Assembly (NCBI GenBank): GCA_034530615.2 | Contig: JAVRCV020000055.1 | Span: 39,617-103,616 of the forward strand | DNA from: Aulosira sp. ZfuVER01 | GTDB taxonomy: Bacteria > Cyanobacteriota > Cyanobacteriia > Cyanobacteriales > Nostocaceae | Length of the DNA stretch: 64,000 bases | Direction: 5' to 3' | Translations under genes and position numbers: made by a program | Shown here: one piece after another, positions 22,797 through 34,143 of the stretch | How positions within the stretch are numbered: position 1 is the first letter of the stretch | How the letters are laid out: each line of letters starts with the position of its first letter | The notes under the pieces: generated by a model | Seen by the model: the letters and a program-made list of their open reading frames with translations, nothing else | Database searches by the model: none | Told to the model about the DNA's origin: nothing

Positions 22797-24695
22797 ATGC
22801 TTCTCCGACATACATCAGTAATACTCGCTTCGCTTTTCACATTATCAAACCCCATCACTCTCGCTTTTTCTGATACCTCAAAATATTGGGCAAAAGATTG
22901 TGTTCAACAACTAGGAGAACGTAAATTAATCACAGGCTACCCTGATGGTAGTTTTCGCCCAGATGCAACGGTGACACGCGCTGAAGCAGCCGTATTAATG
23001 TTGAATGCTTTCCCCGATGCAGCAGTGAAGCGCAGTGCGACTACATTTAAAGATGTCCCTGCTAATTATTGGGCAAACAAAGCAATTACTACTGCTTATC
23101 AAAAAGGCTTTTTTTCTGGTTATCCAGGAGGAGTTTTTCAACCTAACCAGGCGATTCCCCGCGCCCAAATTATCGGTGTTGTTGCTGGGGGAAAAAATTA
23201 TAGTCCTTTACCTAACCCAGCGCAGAGATTACAACAGTATTTTAACGATGCGGCACAAATTCCTAGCTATGCTCAAAATGCGATCGCATCTGCCACTATT
23301 AACAGTATTGTCGTCAACTATCCCCAAGTCAAACAGCTAAAACCCCAACAAAGTGCTACCAGAGGCGAAGTCGCAGCTTTGATGTGTCGGGCGTTAAATA
23401 TTTACACTGTACCACCACAATATATTGCTGGCGTGGAAGTACACCAGCAAGAAGTGCGCCTTTTACCCGGAAAACTCGATACTATCCCCACCTTTAATAG
23501 CAATAGTCCCGAACTAGTAACTACTGAAGGAATTTTACTGTCAACCTTCCCCCCTGATAACAAACAAGTCCCGGAAGCACACCTTAATTATCCCTTCCAA
23601 GGTAGGTTTGATTTATTTGCCCATCATATCGTCAGGGCGGAAACGTCAGCCCAAAGCCGTACTGTTTACCAAGGAATTATCGTCCATAATCCAGGTAATG
23701 AACCTGCGACACTGCAAGTTTTACATGCAGCGAGTTACCTTTCTGTTGAAGCACCTTTTATATCTTTGCCTGATATGGTGGATAATCCCCAAAGTACAGT
23801 TTACGCTGGGCCTGGTAGTCGGACAATGAGTGATGTACTGCGGGGAATTAGGCAAGAGAATTTTCCTGAAAAGCTAGTCATAGAACCAGGAAAAACGCAA
23901 ATATTAGCGAATTTACCCATTCCTGTACAGGCTCCCTCTTCTAATGGTCGCACAACGATGATGCGATTAGCGAGCGATCGCCCAGTTTATCTTGCAAATT
24001 TAGCAAAAAATAGCGATCGCCCTCCTACCGTAGCCGAATGGCAAAAGCTGTTAGATACAGGCAGTTTAGCAGGAAAACGCGATCCCATTCCCACACCGCT
24101 TGACCCTCCTAGAGAACCGACGGTGTTTAGCCGCGTTGCTGGTGTCTCCCAAGGAACGCAATGGCAAGCAAATCTGACGGATAATCCAAATGTGTCAGAG
24201 TTGACGATACCACAGCCAGGAAAGGCTTTTTCTTATCCTTTAGGTACTGTGCATTTAATTACCCTCAGCACCGGGCAAATTCAGAGTGCGCCGATGTTGA
24301 AACGCTATCCTGATACGGCGTACTTTGCTCACAGTAACTATGGTGTAGAGTACAATCTGACTTTACCGCTACACAATTCTAGTAATGAAAGTCGGATAGT
24401 CACAGTATCAATGCATACACCTGTAAAGGATGAAGGAGGGACAGATAGACTGCTATTTTTAAAGCCACGGGTGGAACAGATATTTTTTCGCGGTACGGTG
24501 AGGGTGCGTTATACCGATGATAATGGTGGGGAAAAGACGCGCTATGTACATTTGGTACAACGTCGGGGACAAATGGGTGAACCGTTGGCGACGTTGAAGA
24601 TGTCAGGGGGAGAGAAGCGACAAGTACAGGTAGATTTTTTGTATCCTCCAGATTCTACGCCGCCGCAGGTAGTGACGGTGAGGACGGAGGGGTAA
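22797..24695 (+). CDS. S-layer homology domain plus DUF3370-like protein
   Basis: Signal peptide, three SLH repeats (GYPDGSFRP...TRAE) and a C-terminal NSNSPE...YPPDSTPPQV domain. Confidence 0.85.
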   Translation: MLLRHTSVILASLFTLSNPITLAFSDTSKYWAKDCVQQLGERKLITGYPDGSFRPDATVTRAEAAVLMLNAFPDAAVKRSATTFKDVPANYWANKAITTAYQKGFFSGYPGGVFQPNQAIPRAQIIGVVAGGKNYSPLPNPAQRLQQYFNDAAQIPSYAQNAIASATINSIVVNYPQVKQLKPQQSATRGEVAALMCRALNIYTVPPQYIAGVEVHQQEVRLLPGKLDTIPTFNSNSPELVTTEGILLSTFPPDNKQVPEAHLNYPFQGRFDLFAHHIVRAETSAQSRTVYQGIIVHNPGNEPATLQVLHAASYLSVEAPFISLPDMVDNPQSTVYAGPGSRTMSDVLRGIRQENFPEKLVIEPGKTQILANLPIPVQAPSSNGRTTMMRLASDRPVYLANLAKNSDRPPTVAEWQKLLDTGSLAGKRDPIPTPLDPPREPTVFSRVAGVSQGTQWQANLTDNPNVSELTIPQPGKAFSYPLGTVHLITLSTGQIQSAPMLKRYPDTAYFAHSNYGVEYNLTLPLHNSSNESRIVTVSMHTPVKDEGGTDRLLFLKPRVEQIFFRGTVRVRYTDDNGGEKTRYVHLVQRRGQMGEPLATLKMSGGEKRQVQVDFLYPPDSTPPQVVTVRTEG

Positions 24696-24744
24696 TATCT
24701 CACGCAGAGGCGCAGAGGTTTTTTAGTTACAGTTGAAAAAAGTG

Positions 24745-24939
24745 GCTGCAAAAAGTCGTAATTATTTTGCGGCGGGTACGTTGGTAGTGTGGGACGTGGA
24801 TGTACTTAAAGAGGAAGTTATTACAGTGTATCGTGCTAGTAATCCTGAAGAACCTCAAATCTATCGCTGTGGTGAAGTAGCAGAAGCTGAACCTGCTGTG
24901 CCAGAGTAGTCTATGTTAGTGGATAATTTGTTTGTTTAG
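24745..24939 (+). pseudogene. Uma2-family endonuclease 3' fragment
   Basis: YFAAGTLVVWDVDV...AEAEPAVPE*SMLVDNLFV*, with an internal stop and no 5' half. Confidence 0.7.
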
Positions 24940-25032
24940 CGAGCGCCTATATACTAGTATAAAAAAATGCGTTAACAAGTGCGCTCGCTTTTGACTTTCG
25001 GTTAAAATAGCAACAATTTAGATATTAAAATA

Positions 25033-25494
25033 ATGGCTGCAAATAGAATTAGGGTTGCTAAAGATAAGGCTGAGTTGGTGAAATCTCTAGTCGCATCAAA
25101 AGACACAACTGGCCCTTTTCAGACTTATGTAGAAGTTATGGTGTTTGCAGCAGCATTGGGCGTTAAATATAAAAAACGTGTTTCTTTAGACGTAATTTCT
25201 AAAGATTTATCCCCACTTCGACAAGATTATTTTACTAGCAGCTTCACTCTATTAATTAATTTGTTGGCTATCACTGAAACAGAACATATTAAGATTATAG
25301 GTGATGATAATGTAGCTGACGAGCAACGCATTCATATTTTTGAAGAGTATGCAAATGGTGGACTAGAAATTCTACAAAATGAACTACGAGGAGCAGTAGA
25401 CTACTCGGAGAGGCTACTATTAATTCTTAATTCTGAAAGATTTCAAGATTATGGCGAAGAAGAGGAATTTGATCTAAGTAAATTCCTTTCTTAA
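25033..25494 (+). CDS. DNA phosphorothioation-associated protein 4-like
   Basis: RIRVAKDKAELVKSL...GPFQTY...FEEYANGGLEIL signature. Confidence 0.75.
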   Translation: MAANRIRVAKDKAELVKSLVASKDTTGPFQTYVEVMVFAAALGVKYKKRVSLDVISKDLSPLRQDYFTSSFTLLINLLAITETEHIKIIGDDNVADEQRIHIFEEYANGGLEILQNELRGAVDYSERLLLILNSERFQDYGEEEEFDLSKFLS

Positions 25495-26119
25495 TTTTAC
25501 TTCAGTTGATTTTACACTTTCATAATACTGTGTATTTATGTTTATTATTCCGAATCAAGTTCTTCTTCCGAGTGTATAGAAGCAGAAGGTTGATTATGTA
25601 ATTCTGGTAAACCAGCAGCAAGCAGAGCAGAAAATCTATCACGAACCATCTCTTCTTTCTGCTATTTCTTCATTTTTTCATGTTCTCTACCATAAAAGGT
25701 TACAATATCAAAACCCTAATATAATACTCGCTGAATTGCTTTCCTAGAGGTGTTTTGCCAAGTAGGTAAACTGGAATTCTGTTTGCTTCCATATTAAAGA
25801 AAAGAAAATTAGCTCAAATAATGTCTAGCCTGAAGTTATTACTAAATTAGTGTGACTTTGAGGATGTTTAGTTGCTGTTTAATGCACAGCAACATACTTT
25901 GCTGCTGACTTTTATCGATCGCACTCTTTCAAGTAAGTTTCTACATATAGCGAACTACAAATATCAAGTTTTGATGATTTATGATAGCAATTCGCTACAT
26001 ATAACCTATTCATAACCCATCTGTTATTAACAATCCTGTAGTCTGAATTGCTGACAAAAATGCGTGGGCAGAAGCTACTTGTCCACAAGGCATTTACGGA
26101 TTTAAAAATAATTGAGGAT

Positions 26120-27244
26120 ATGATGGTGACAAAGCTTGGCTACTCAGTATTTCAACGCATCACGACTTCACATTTACTGCGAAAAGTGTGTTTACTGGGA
26201 CTGACTTTACCTTTCCTGGCAACTGCAACCAGTAGTTTGGTGGTTGCTGGAGATAATGAGAATGCGAATGCACCTTATGAAATCGGGCTTTGGGGCGATT
26301 TACCCTACTCGGAAGTACAGGAAGTTGGTGTAACCAGACTAATCGAAGACATGAATTCGCAGAGACTTAGTTTCACTGTTCATGATGGCGATCTCAAGGC
26401 TGGTTCTAACAGTCTTTGCGACAACGCGCTGTACGCCAAAGCGCTTGGCTACTTCAACTCCCTAGAGGCACCAGCCGCCTTCACACCGGGTGACAACGAT
26501 TGGACTGACTGCGATCGCCCTTCTAATGGTGGATACAACTCACGCGATCGCCTCGACTACGAGCGTCAGCTATTCTTCAGTACGAATTTTTCCCTAGGGC
26601 AACGTCGGCTAGCCCAAGAAGTGCAGAAAGAGCCTCTATGCCTCGGCCTCAACGGTGCAATGCCTTGCGTCGAGAACCGCCGTTGGACGGTTGGCAGAGT
26701 TACTTATGCGACGCTGAACATCCAAGGTTCGTGCAATAACCTCTGCGATACTGCACCCGATCCAGACGAGTATAAGGCACGAAATACGGCCAATATTGCA
26801 TGGATGAAAGAGACCTTTAGAGTGGCAAGAGAACGCAACTCGGCAGCAGTGATGTTGATCTCCCAAGGGAATCCAGGGTGGGATCAGAGCGATCCAACCA
26901 GAGCGCCTGTGCGTAATCCGAGGACGCTCGTGCAAACAGATGGACAGCCTGATGGCTTCAAAGACTTTTTACTAGCGTTGCGCGATGAGGTAATCGCTTT
27001 TCGTAAGCCAGTTGCTTATGTTCACGGCGACTCGCATTACTACCGTATTGACAAGCCATTTCTAGATGCTCAAGGCAGACGCCTTGAGAACTTTACTCGT
27101 GTTGAGACATTTGGTGACAATCAGGGAAACGGCACCAACGATGTACAGTGGATCAAAGTGACTGTCGATCCTCGTAGCCGAGAGGTGTTTTCATATCAGC
27201 CACAAATTGTTCCCAGCAATCGAGTAGCGGTTCCTGCTCCGTAA
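26120..27244 (+). CDS. Secreted calcineurin-like metallophosphoesterase
   Basis: GDLPY, HDGD, PGDNDW and HGDSH motifs; signal-like segment; GAGGA before ATG 26120/26123. Confidence 0.75.
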   Translation: MMVTKLGYSVFQRITTSHLLRKVCLLGLTLPFLATATSSLVVAGDNENANAPYEIGLWGDLPYSEVQEVGVTRLIEDMNSQRLSFTVHDGDLKAGSNSLCDNALYAKALGYFNSLEAPAAFTPGDNDWTDCDRPSNGGYNSRDRLDYERQLFFSTNFSLGQRRLAQEVQKEPLCLGLNGAMPCVENRRWTVGRVTYATLNIQGSCNNLCDTAPDPDEYKARNTANIAWMKETFRVARERNSAAVMLISQGNPGWDQSDPTRAPVRNPRTLVQTDGQPDGFKDFLLALRDEVIAFRKPVAYVHGDSHYYRIDKPFLDAQGRRLENFTRVETFGDNQGNGTNDVQWIKVTVDPRSREVFSYQPQIVPSNRVAVPAP

Positions 27245-27276
27245 TACTAGACGATTTCCAATCAGCGATGTTGACG

Positions 27277-27320
27277 ACAACTCCTCCCATGTTTTGTTGT
27301 GTGCGGGAGGAGTTGTTTTC
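27277..27320 (+). terminator. Terminator-like hairpin between convergent genes
   Basis: ACAACTCCTCCC...GGGAGGAGTTGT followed by TTT. Confidence 0.65.
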
Positions 27321-27405
27321 AAGCGATCGCGAAGTACACAGTTGAATGAAAATTTGAGGATTTTTTTACGTGAGTTCTACCTATTACTGGACAACACAAA
27401 CGATA

Positions 27406-30255
27406 TTACGCAATACTCAAATTGAGTTTGACAATGACATCGTTGAAATCTTTATCGCCACCATTTGCTAAATCCTCAAAGCCAAAGATGTTATTACCTA
27501 ATAGGCGAATATGATCGGTTTTGTCAGAGTTAGCACCTAAGAAGGGAAAGTAAACTGCTGGATCGTTGTTAGGATTTGTATCAACAACTGTATCGGGTCT
27601 GCCATTAATAATGATAAATGGCACGAAGATAGCACCTGGTTTAAAAGTGCCACTGTAAGTTGCTGTACCTTGGTTGTTAACTGTCAAGTCAATTCCTGCA
27701 ACCCTTCCACGAATCGCAGCTTGTGTAAAACTAGCTTGTCCAGGAAGAATATCTGCTTTACCATCGTTATTAGTATCAATTCCGCCATTCTCATCAATCG
27801 CCTGATAGAAGCCAACAAAATTGTCGAAAGCTGCTTCTCTATTCACTACAAAGTCAGCTTTAACTTGTTTTGTCACATCTCGTAAATCAATCAATTCTCC
27901 CTGCGACTTACTTTGCAGATTTGTACCTAAAGATAATGGCTCATTTGTAGCCTTAATTTTCACTACTAAATCTTGGAAGCTGTTAGTGCTATTTCCCGAA
28001 CCATCCTGCCAAGCTATGGAGAATCCATCAGATCCTAAATCTGTAATTTTCTGTGTTGTAGGGCTAGAAAATAGTACGTCTGTAATTTGAGTGATTCCAG
28101 ATCTTACCGCATCAATTGTACTATTTTTCACTAAATAGAATCTCACATTCTCACCGGAATTAAATTCCAACAAACTTTGGAGATTATTATTACTAAATCC
28201 ATTAGGACGATTGGCGATCGCAGAGAAAATTACTCTAGCACGCTCTAAAGCTGCTTGAGCATAACCTGCTGCACCTGGAGCAATACCGTTAATCGTACCT
28301 TGAGCATCATCAACAACATATACTCCCAACTCATTAACTAATTTAGAACTATTTCCGGTGAGGGTAACTTGCAGTCTGGCATTATCGCCATCACCTTTGA
28401 TTGTAAAGACATCATTGTCAGCACTCTTGGCTAACGGGATATCGTTATCGGTGATGCTCACACCTATAGAGTTAATAGCAATGCCATTGTAGTTGACATC
28501 AGTACTTGTAGCTGTATGTTGGATAGTATCGCTGCGATTCCCTTCGACTATCGCATCATCTATTGCTGTCACCGTCACCTCTTGTTCAACATTCCAGTTC
28601 TGTGCGGTGAAAGTCAGAGTCTTGGCACTAGCTTTGATTTGCTTTCCAGTGTTAATCGCAATCGTAACATCAGCTTGTGGTTTACTCTTGAGTACGACAG
28701 AATAGCGATCGCCTGCACCGCCTTCGGTTACTTTAGTACTACCATCAGTCTGGGTAATAGTTACACCTACATCATTACCGCCACTTACATCAGTAATATT
28801 TCCCTTAGCTTTACCGTTAGTCGGACTGATAGTTGCTCCATTTGTGGGATTGTTTAAACTGACGCTGAAAGTTTCATTTCCTTCCGCTAAGGAATCGGTT
28901 GTTGTCTGAACGCTAAAGGTTTTATTAGTCTCTCCTTGCTTAAAGGTAAGAGTTTCAGTTTTGGCTGTAAAGTCATCGTTACTAGCTGTATCTCCTGTAT
29001 TTATAGATGTGAATATAGTGACGCTTTCCTCAGCTTGCGCATCTCCTGTACGAGTGATAGTGAATGCGATCGCGCTTCCCTCTACTCCAGAAGCATCTGC
29101 GATCGCAAATATCGGCGCTAGGTCATCGTTAGTAATAGTTCCTATTGCTGTAGCGTTAGTAGAACTGATGATTGACTCGTTTGAAGAATTGCTCAAACTG
29201 ACGGTGAAAGTTTCATCAGCTTCAAACAATGAGTCTTGAGTCGTCTGCACGGTAAAGGTTTTACTAGTCTCTCCTTGTTTAAAGACGAGAGTCTCAGCTT
29301 TCGCTGTAAAGTCGTTGTTACTGGCTGTATCTGTTGTAGCTATCGATGTCGATACAGTAACGCTTTGCTCAGATTGTGCATTTCCACTACGGGTAACAGT
29401 AAATGCGATCGCCTGACCTTCAATAGCTGAAGCATTAGTAATTGAGAAAATATCAACTATAAAATCGAAGTCATCTGGTGTGAGGCTATTGGCTTGGACA
29501 TTTCTTAAAATGCCTAATTCCTTCAATTCTCCATTGATGGTGGCTTTGATTGATGTATCCGGGCCTGGTTGACCGTTTACCAAAATTTGCTCCAATGTCA
29601 AATCTTGGAATTTCTGAACTTGCGGAATTGCTGCAATGACAACTTTATCTTCGCCTTTGGTAAAATCAAATACTTCTACAGGTACTTCCGGAATGGCTGC
29701 ACTAGCAATATAAAAGCGGTCTTGGCCAGTACCGCCTGTAAACTGGCTACCTTTTGTACCAGCAAATAGTGAATCATCACCTGCACCACCAAATAAGCGA
29801 TCGCTAGCTAATCCGCCAATCAGAAGATCGTCGCCTTCGCCACCATCAAGGTTGTTGTTACCTGTAGGATTGGATGCATCAAGAAAGTCATTACCAGAGC
29901 CACCAAATAACGTGTTGTAACCGTTTCCATCAGAAACAACAAGCCGATCTTCTCCCTTACCGCCATCGAGGTTGTTATTACTACCCTCTACGACAAATAG
30001 GCGATCGTTATCTTCGCCGCCTTCAAGGGTATTAAAACCTAAGCTACCTACAGCAAATAAACTATCTCCGCCAATACCACCTCTTAAAGTATCGTTATTG
30101 TTGCCCAAAAGCTGGTCATTACCAGAACCACCATCAAGCAAATTATTGCCTTGACCATTTGATGAATCTAGTATGTCATCTCCTTCAAGACCAAATAATT
30201 GATCGTTTTTTTGAGCGTATAACTCATCTTGATTTGCCGTTCCGTTAATAATCAT
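27406..30255 (-). CDS. RTX-repeat / Calx-beta / DUF4114 secreted Ca-binding protein
   Basis: GGxGxD repeats, two Calx-beta-like repeats and C-terminal GFEDL..GGD.DFND. Confidence 0.85.
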   Translation of the reverse strand: MIINGTANQDELYAQKNDQLFGLEGDDILDSSNGQGNNLLDGGSGNDQLLGNNNDTLRGGIGGDSLFAVGSLGFNTLEGGEDNDRLFVVEGSNNNLDGGKGEDRLVVSDGNGYNTLFGGSGNDFLDASNPTGNNNLDGGEGDDLLIGGLASDRLFGGAGDDSLFAGTKGSQFTGGTGQDRFYIASAAIPEVPVEVFDFTKGEDKVVIAAIPQVQKFQDLTLEQILVNGQPGPDTSIKATINGELKELGILRNVQANSLTPDDFDFIVDIFSITNASAIEGQAIAFTVTRSGNAQSEQSVTVSTSIATTDTASNNDFTAKAETLVFKQGETSKTFTVQTTQDSLFEADETFTVSLSNSSNESIISSTNATAIGTITNDDLAPIFAIADASGVEGSAIAFTITRTGDAQAEESVTIFTSINTGDTASNDDFTAKTETLTFKQGETNKTFSVQTTTDSLAEGNETFSVSLNNPTNGATISPTNGKAKGNITDVSGGNDVGVTITQTDGSTKVTEGGAGDRYSVVLKSKPQADVTIAINTGKQIKASAKTLTFTAQNWNVEQEVTVTAIDDAIVEGNRSDTIQHTATSTDVNYNGIAINSIGVSITDNDIPLAKSADNDVFTIKGDGDNARLQVTLTGNSSKLVNELGVYVVDDAQGTINGIAPGAAGYAQAALERARVIFSAIANRPNGFSNNNLQSLLEFNSGENVRFYLVKNSTIDAVRSGITQITDVLFSSPTTQKITDLGSDGFSIAWQDGSGNSTNSFQDLVVKIKATNEPLSLGTNLQSKSQGELIDLRDVTKQVKADFVVNREAAFDNFVGFYQAIDENGGIDTNNDGKADILPGQASFTQAAIRGRVAGIDLTVNNQGTATYSGTFKPGAIFVPFIIINGRPDTVVDTNPNNDPAVYFPFLGANSDKTDHIRLLGNNIFGFEDLANGGDKDFNDVIVKLNLSIA

Positions 30256-30842
30256 AATTAGGTTTTCACGTAGATAATATTTTCAGGCAAGGATTTTACC
30301 TAAATGGTTTGTGCTGATTTTAAACTTCACACCATTTAGAGATTTTTTTATTATTGAAAAGATATATTTTTGAAAGCTTAAATATATTTGTACGATAATT
30401 CACAACGCATTATCTCATCTGTTTATAAAGAATTATAGGTAAATATATGAGGTTTTGATTAATTGCAAATACCAACATATATAAACTCACTAATAGATTA
30501 AAAATTTATTATCAAAAGGTTATTAAATAATTAAAATATGTTCGCTTTCTAACTAAGTGAAGTAGTAGCTAATATACTAAAGGTCTTTGTTTAAGCCCAA
30601 TATTAAAGCTAATACTAATTTTTATATTACTCACTGAGGTTTGGTTCTATACCAGGTATTAGCTAACTGGGAAATACAATATAGATGTGGGGAGTCAATC
30701 TGTTCTAGTATTTTTAATTTCTAAATCCCATTACTAATATGCATAAATAAAAAAAGCGAGGAAGTCTCGCTCCCTCGCAATTAGAAAATTAGTACAGCCT
30801 AACTAAATTTGGTTGTGAGATTGAGATGTAATAACTTTCTTT

Positions 30843-33518
30843 TTAAACTACACTAACCGAGAAGACAAAGCTATTTGCATTCAGGGAACTAGCGGTAATT
30901 CCTAATAATGAAGCTAATTCAGTATTGCCGACTTTTATCAAAGTGTTATCACCTTGTTGTAAAAGCGTTAGGTCACTAAACTTACTCACGCCAGTAATCC
31001 CGCCAATTCCAATTACATCAATTCCTGGGGTAAAGTCGGTGACGATATTCTTGTTAGTTGGCAGACTGGCATTTGCAATCCAGAAAGAGTCAGCACCAGC
31101 ACCACCATTTAAGCGATTACCACCCTTATTTCCAGCAAACAGCACATCATCACCGTCACCACCGAATAGGGAATCATTAACGCTGGAGAAGAGCTTATCA
31201 TCCCCAGAGCCACCATAGAGTCGGTTATTGCTACCGTTACTGGTGAGAGTATCTTTACCAGAACCGCCGAAAAGTAACTGACCTGAACCTTCAATGACTT
31301 GCAGGTTATCAGAACCGGCGGCTCCAAACAGGCTATTACTACCGTTAGCTTCTACTACAGTGAGTTGATCGTTACCTGCACCACCATCAACAGTGGTATT
31401 GCTAGCAGGACTATTGACGCCAACAAACACTTGGTCATTACCGTTACCACCGTTGACGGTAGAGTTACTGCCTACAAACACAGTAGCATCACCGTTTCCG
31501 GTAATAATAGTGTTTTTATTGGTTGAATCTACAGTATCTCCTCCATCACCTGTAAATAAGATTTCCCCTGCCTTAGGAGTAAGATTATCGCTATTGCTAG
31601 AACCAAATTTAATTTCTGGTAGTACCTTAAGTCCTACAGTGCGATCGCTAAATCCTGCGGCTGTAAAGTATTTAGTATCGCCTACAGCTTGATAATTGAG
31701 AATAGTTTCCTGACCGTTGGCAGATGGTTCAGACCTTAAAGTTCCTTTAGTATAGTCAACTGTATCAGGCCCTCCTACTAAGGCCTCGGTAATTGCCCGA
31801 CCTTTTAAATCTCCACTACTGGGAATATTCAACCCAAGAATTTTGGCAAGTGTGGGTGCGACATCAGCATTACTTACAGGCGCAGAGTCTACATAACCTG
31901 CTTTGAAGTCAGGGCCAATAGCCGCCATGTTATTAAAAGTATCACCACGACCAAAGCTGCCGTGCATCCCTTGCCCTTGCTGCAACCCTGTATCCGCAAT
32001 CTCTACTTCAGTATTGACAGGATTGTTGGGGTCTGTAGCAAAAGTTTTAAAGTTAATCACAATAGCTGGCACAGGTGTTTTAGCATCACCTTTGAGGCCA
32101 ATACTACTCAGCGGTAATGCACCAGGAATGTTTCCATAGGCATCGTCTACAAAAATTCCGCTGATATAGTCTTTCTGGGAGAGTAAAGCGACTATCTGCT
32201 GTGCTGTCGCTTTATCGCCATTAGGTAGATAGATCAAGTCAGATCCACCATTAGCAGCTACAATTAGCTTCGTGTTAGGGTCAATCTTGCCATTTGCGAT
32301 TTTACCCGTACCACCAATCACACCATTTCCAGATGTAGGATGTTGACCTTTTGTAGCATCAATAGCAGCATACTGAACGTTATTGATGTCTAGAGGAGTG
32401 ACTGTATTTTTATCAGGATCGTATAGAGGTAGACCTAGATCATGGGCTAAATCAATCGCTACAAAGCCAACAGGTAAAAATCCTGGATTCACATCAGAGT
32501 AGGTTTGAGTAGCAGCATAGCTATTGGTCTTTGTGCCTTGATTATCAACAAGTTGTCTGCTGATGGTAGAAAAACCGTGATCGGAGGTAATAACGACATC
32601 TGTTGTTTTGTCTAAACCTGTACTCTTGAGGTAGTCAAGCAGTTGCTTTAGGTTATCATCAGCATTCTTGACTCCAGCTTTGGAAGTTGAGCCATTAATA
32701 CCTGGAGTTAAAGAGTTTAAGCTGTCACCTTGATTATGTTGACTACCATCAGGATCTCTTGACCAATACACCAAGGCGAATGGTTTACCATCTTCCTGAA
32801 ACTTGGGTAGAACTGCTTTGGTAGTAGCATCTATAAAAAACTTTTGCTGATCGATGTTTGCAACTGTCGTTCCGGGAGTTGTGTTATTACCAGAACTACC
32901 ATTTGCTCCTCTACCGGGAGTGGTTGTTGGTAAACCAGCCGCAGTCAACCGCGCAGCCACATCGGGATCTAGTGGGACAGCTTGAGGTGAACCTGTAGTT
33001 GTACTAGCTGCTGCACCAGTGCGATCGTCAATAATTACTGTTTCTGGCGTGGGAATGCTTCCCGCAACCCCACCTTCGCGGTTAACTTGGGTAACATCTT
33101 GAATAGCAACTGGCCCTAACTTCCCAATTGCAGCTGTATTGAAGCCCTGCGCCCGTGCATAAGCAAGTAGCGATTCCTCATCAAGGAAGTTGTTACCGGG
33201 AAACTTTTCGTCAATATCCCCCAGGACAGCATCATTTTCAATGAACGGAGTGACGCTACCATTGGCGTTAGGAGTAGGAAAGCCACTGTAAACAGTGTTA
33301 CTGAAATCACCCGTATCGCCAAGATAGTGACCCGTTGCGATCGCAGAAGCATTCGGGGTTGTAAAAGTAGGAAATAGCGAATGGCTATTGGTAAAATTAA
33401 CTCCTTGCTGACGGACGCTATATAAAGTTGGAGTATCAATTGGATTTACAGAACCGTTTCGCAATCCATCCGCAACAAAAATAATGACATTTCTACCGTT
33501 GCTGTTTGTCTCAGCCAT
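30843..33518 (-). CDS. Alkaline phosphatase superfamily (nucleotide pyrophosphatase/phosphodiesterase-like) with RTX tail
   Basis: FVADG, PTFTTPN, DPDGSQH, SDHG and GMHG motifs; C-terminal GGxGxD repeats. Confidence 0.88.
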   Translation of the reverse strand: MAETNSNGRNVIIFVADGLRNGSVNPIDTPTLYSVRQQGVNFTNSHSLFPTFTTPNASAIATGHYLGDTGDFSNTVYSGFPTPNANGSVTPFIENDAVLGDIDEKFPGNNFLDEESLLAYARAQGFNTAAIGKLGPVAIQDVTQVNREGGVAGSIPTPETVIIDDRTGAAASTTTGSPQAVPLDPDVAARLTAAGLPTTTPGRGANGSSGNNTTPGTTVANIDQQKFFIDATTKAVLPKFQEDGKPFALVYWSRDPDGSQHNQGDSLNSLTPGINGSTSKAGVKNADDNLKQLLDYLKSTGLDKTTDVVITSDHGFSTISRQLVDNQGTKTNSYAATQTYSDVNPGFLPVGFVAIDLAHDLGLPLYDPDKNTVTPLDINNVQYAAIDATKGQHPTSGNGVIGGTGKIANGKIDPNTKLIVAANGGSDLIYLPNGDKATAQQIVALLSQKDYISGIFVDDAYGNIPGALPLSSIGLKGDAKTPVPAIVINFKTFATDPNNPVNTEVEIADTGLQQGQGMHGSFGRGDTFNNMAAIGPDFKAGYVDSAPVSNADVAPTLAKILGLNIPSSGDLKGRAITEALVGGPDTVDYTKGTLRSEPSANGQETILNYQAVGDTKYFTAAGFSDRTVGLKVLPEIKFGSSNSDNLTPKAGEILFTGDGGDTVDSTNKNTIITGNGDATVFVGSNSTVNGGNGNDQVFVGVNSPASNTTVDGGAGNDQLTVVEANGSNSLFGAAGSDNLQVIEGSGQLLFGGSGKDTLTSNGSNNRLYGGSGDDKLFSSVNDSLFGGDGDDVLFAGNKGGNRLNGGAGADSFWIANASLPTNKNIVTDFTPGIDVIGIGGITGVSKFSDLTLLQQGDNTLIKVGNTELASLLGITASSLNANSFVFSVSVV

Positions 33519-33870
33519 GCCTACTACTCCTTCAGTATTTATTTCTGCAATTAATAGGGAGATTGGATCGCTAACATATAGCCCTATTGAGGTGTCGTAG
33601 GAATTTCGTATTTATGTAAGCCAATTAGGTGAAAAAACAGATACAAATGAGTATTTTTTACATTTAAATATCTGTTCGCTTTTCTGATTTTTACAAAAAC
33701 ACCTTCATAGGACTTTGTTATTAATTAATTGCCAATCCCTATTTCACATTTCAATTTTTTAACTAGATAAAAGTAGTATTTGGTGACAAAATGCTCTAAA
33801 TCCACTACTCATGCGTGTGGATTATTAAAAGTGTTAGATTTTAGTAACTATATAAAAGGATAACAGTTCA

Positions 33871-33900
33871 AAGTTGAAGAAAGGTTATAAACAAGTTAAG
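33871..33900 (-). promoter_or_regulatory. Putative SphR Pho box
   Basis: Minus strand reads CTTAACTT-gtt-TATAACCT-ttc-TTCAACTT: three 8-mers at an 11-bp period, upstream of the phosphatase. Confidence 0.6.
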
Positions 33901-34143
33901 TTCATCAATCTGAATTTTCTTGTAATGCAACAGTCTCAGAAGTGTATTAAATCCTGAAACGTACAAATTAAATTAGCAAAAATCCCCTATGGGATAGAGG
34001 CATAAATAAACTCTTGTATTTTTTATTTTAAACATTAAAATTCAGTTAATAAAAGGTAAACAAAAAGAGGAAGTTTGCGGATCAACAATCCATCAAAATA
34101 TAGCTATACCATTGCTCCCTATTGACAAGAACTGCAAACTGTA

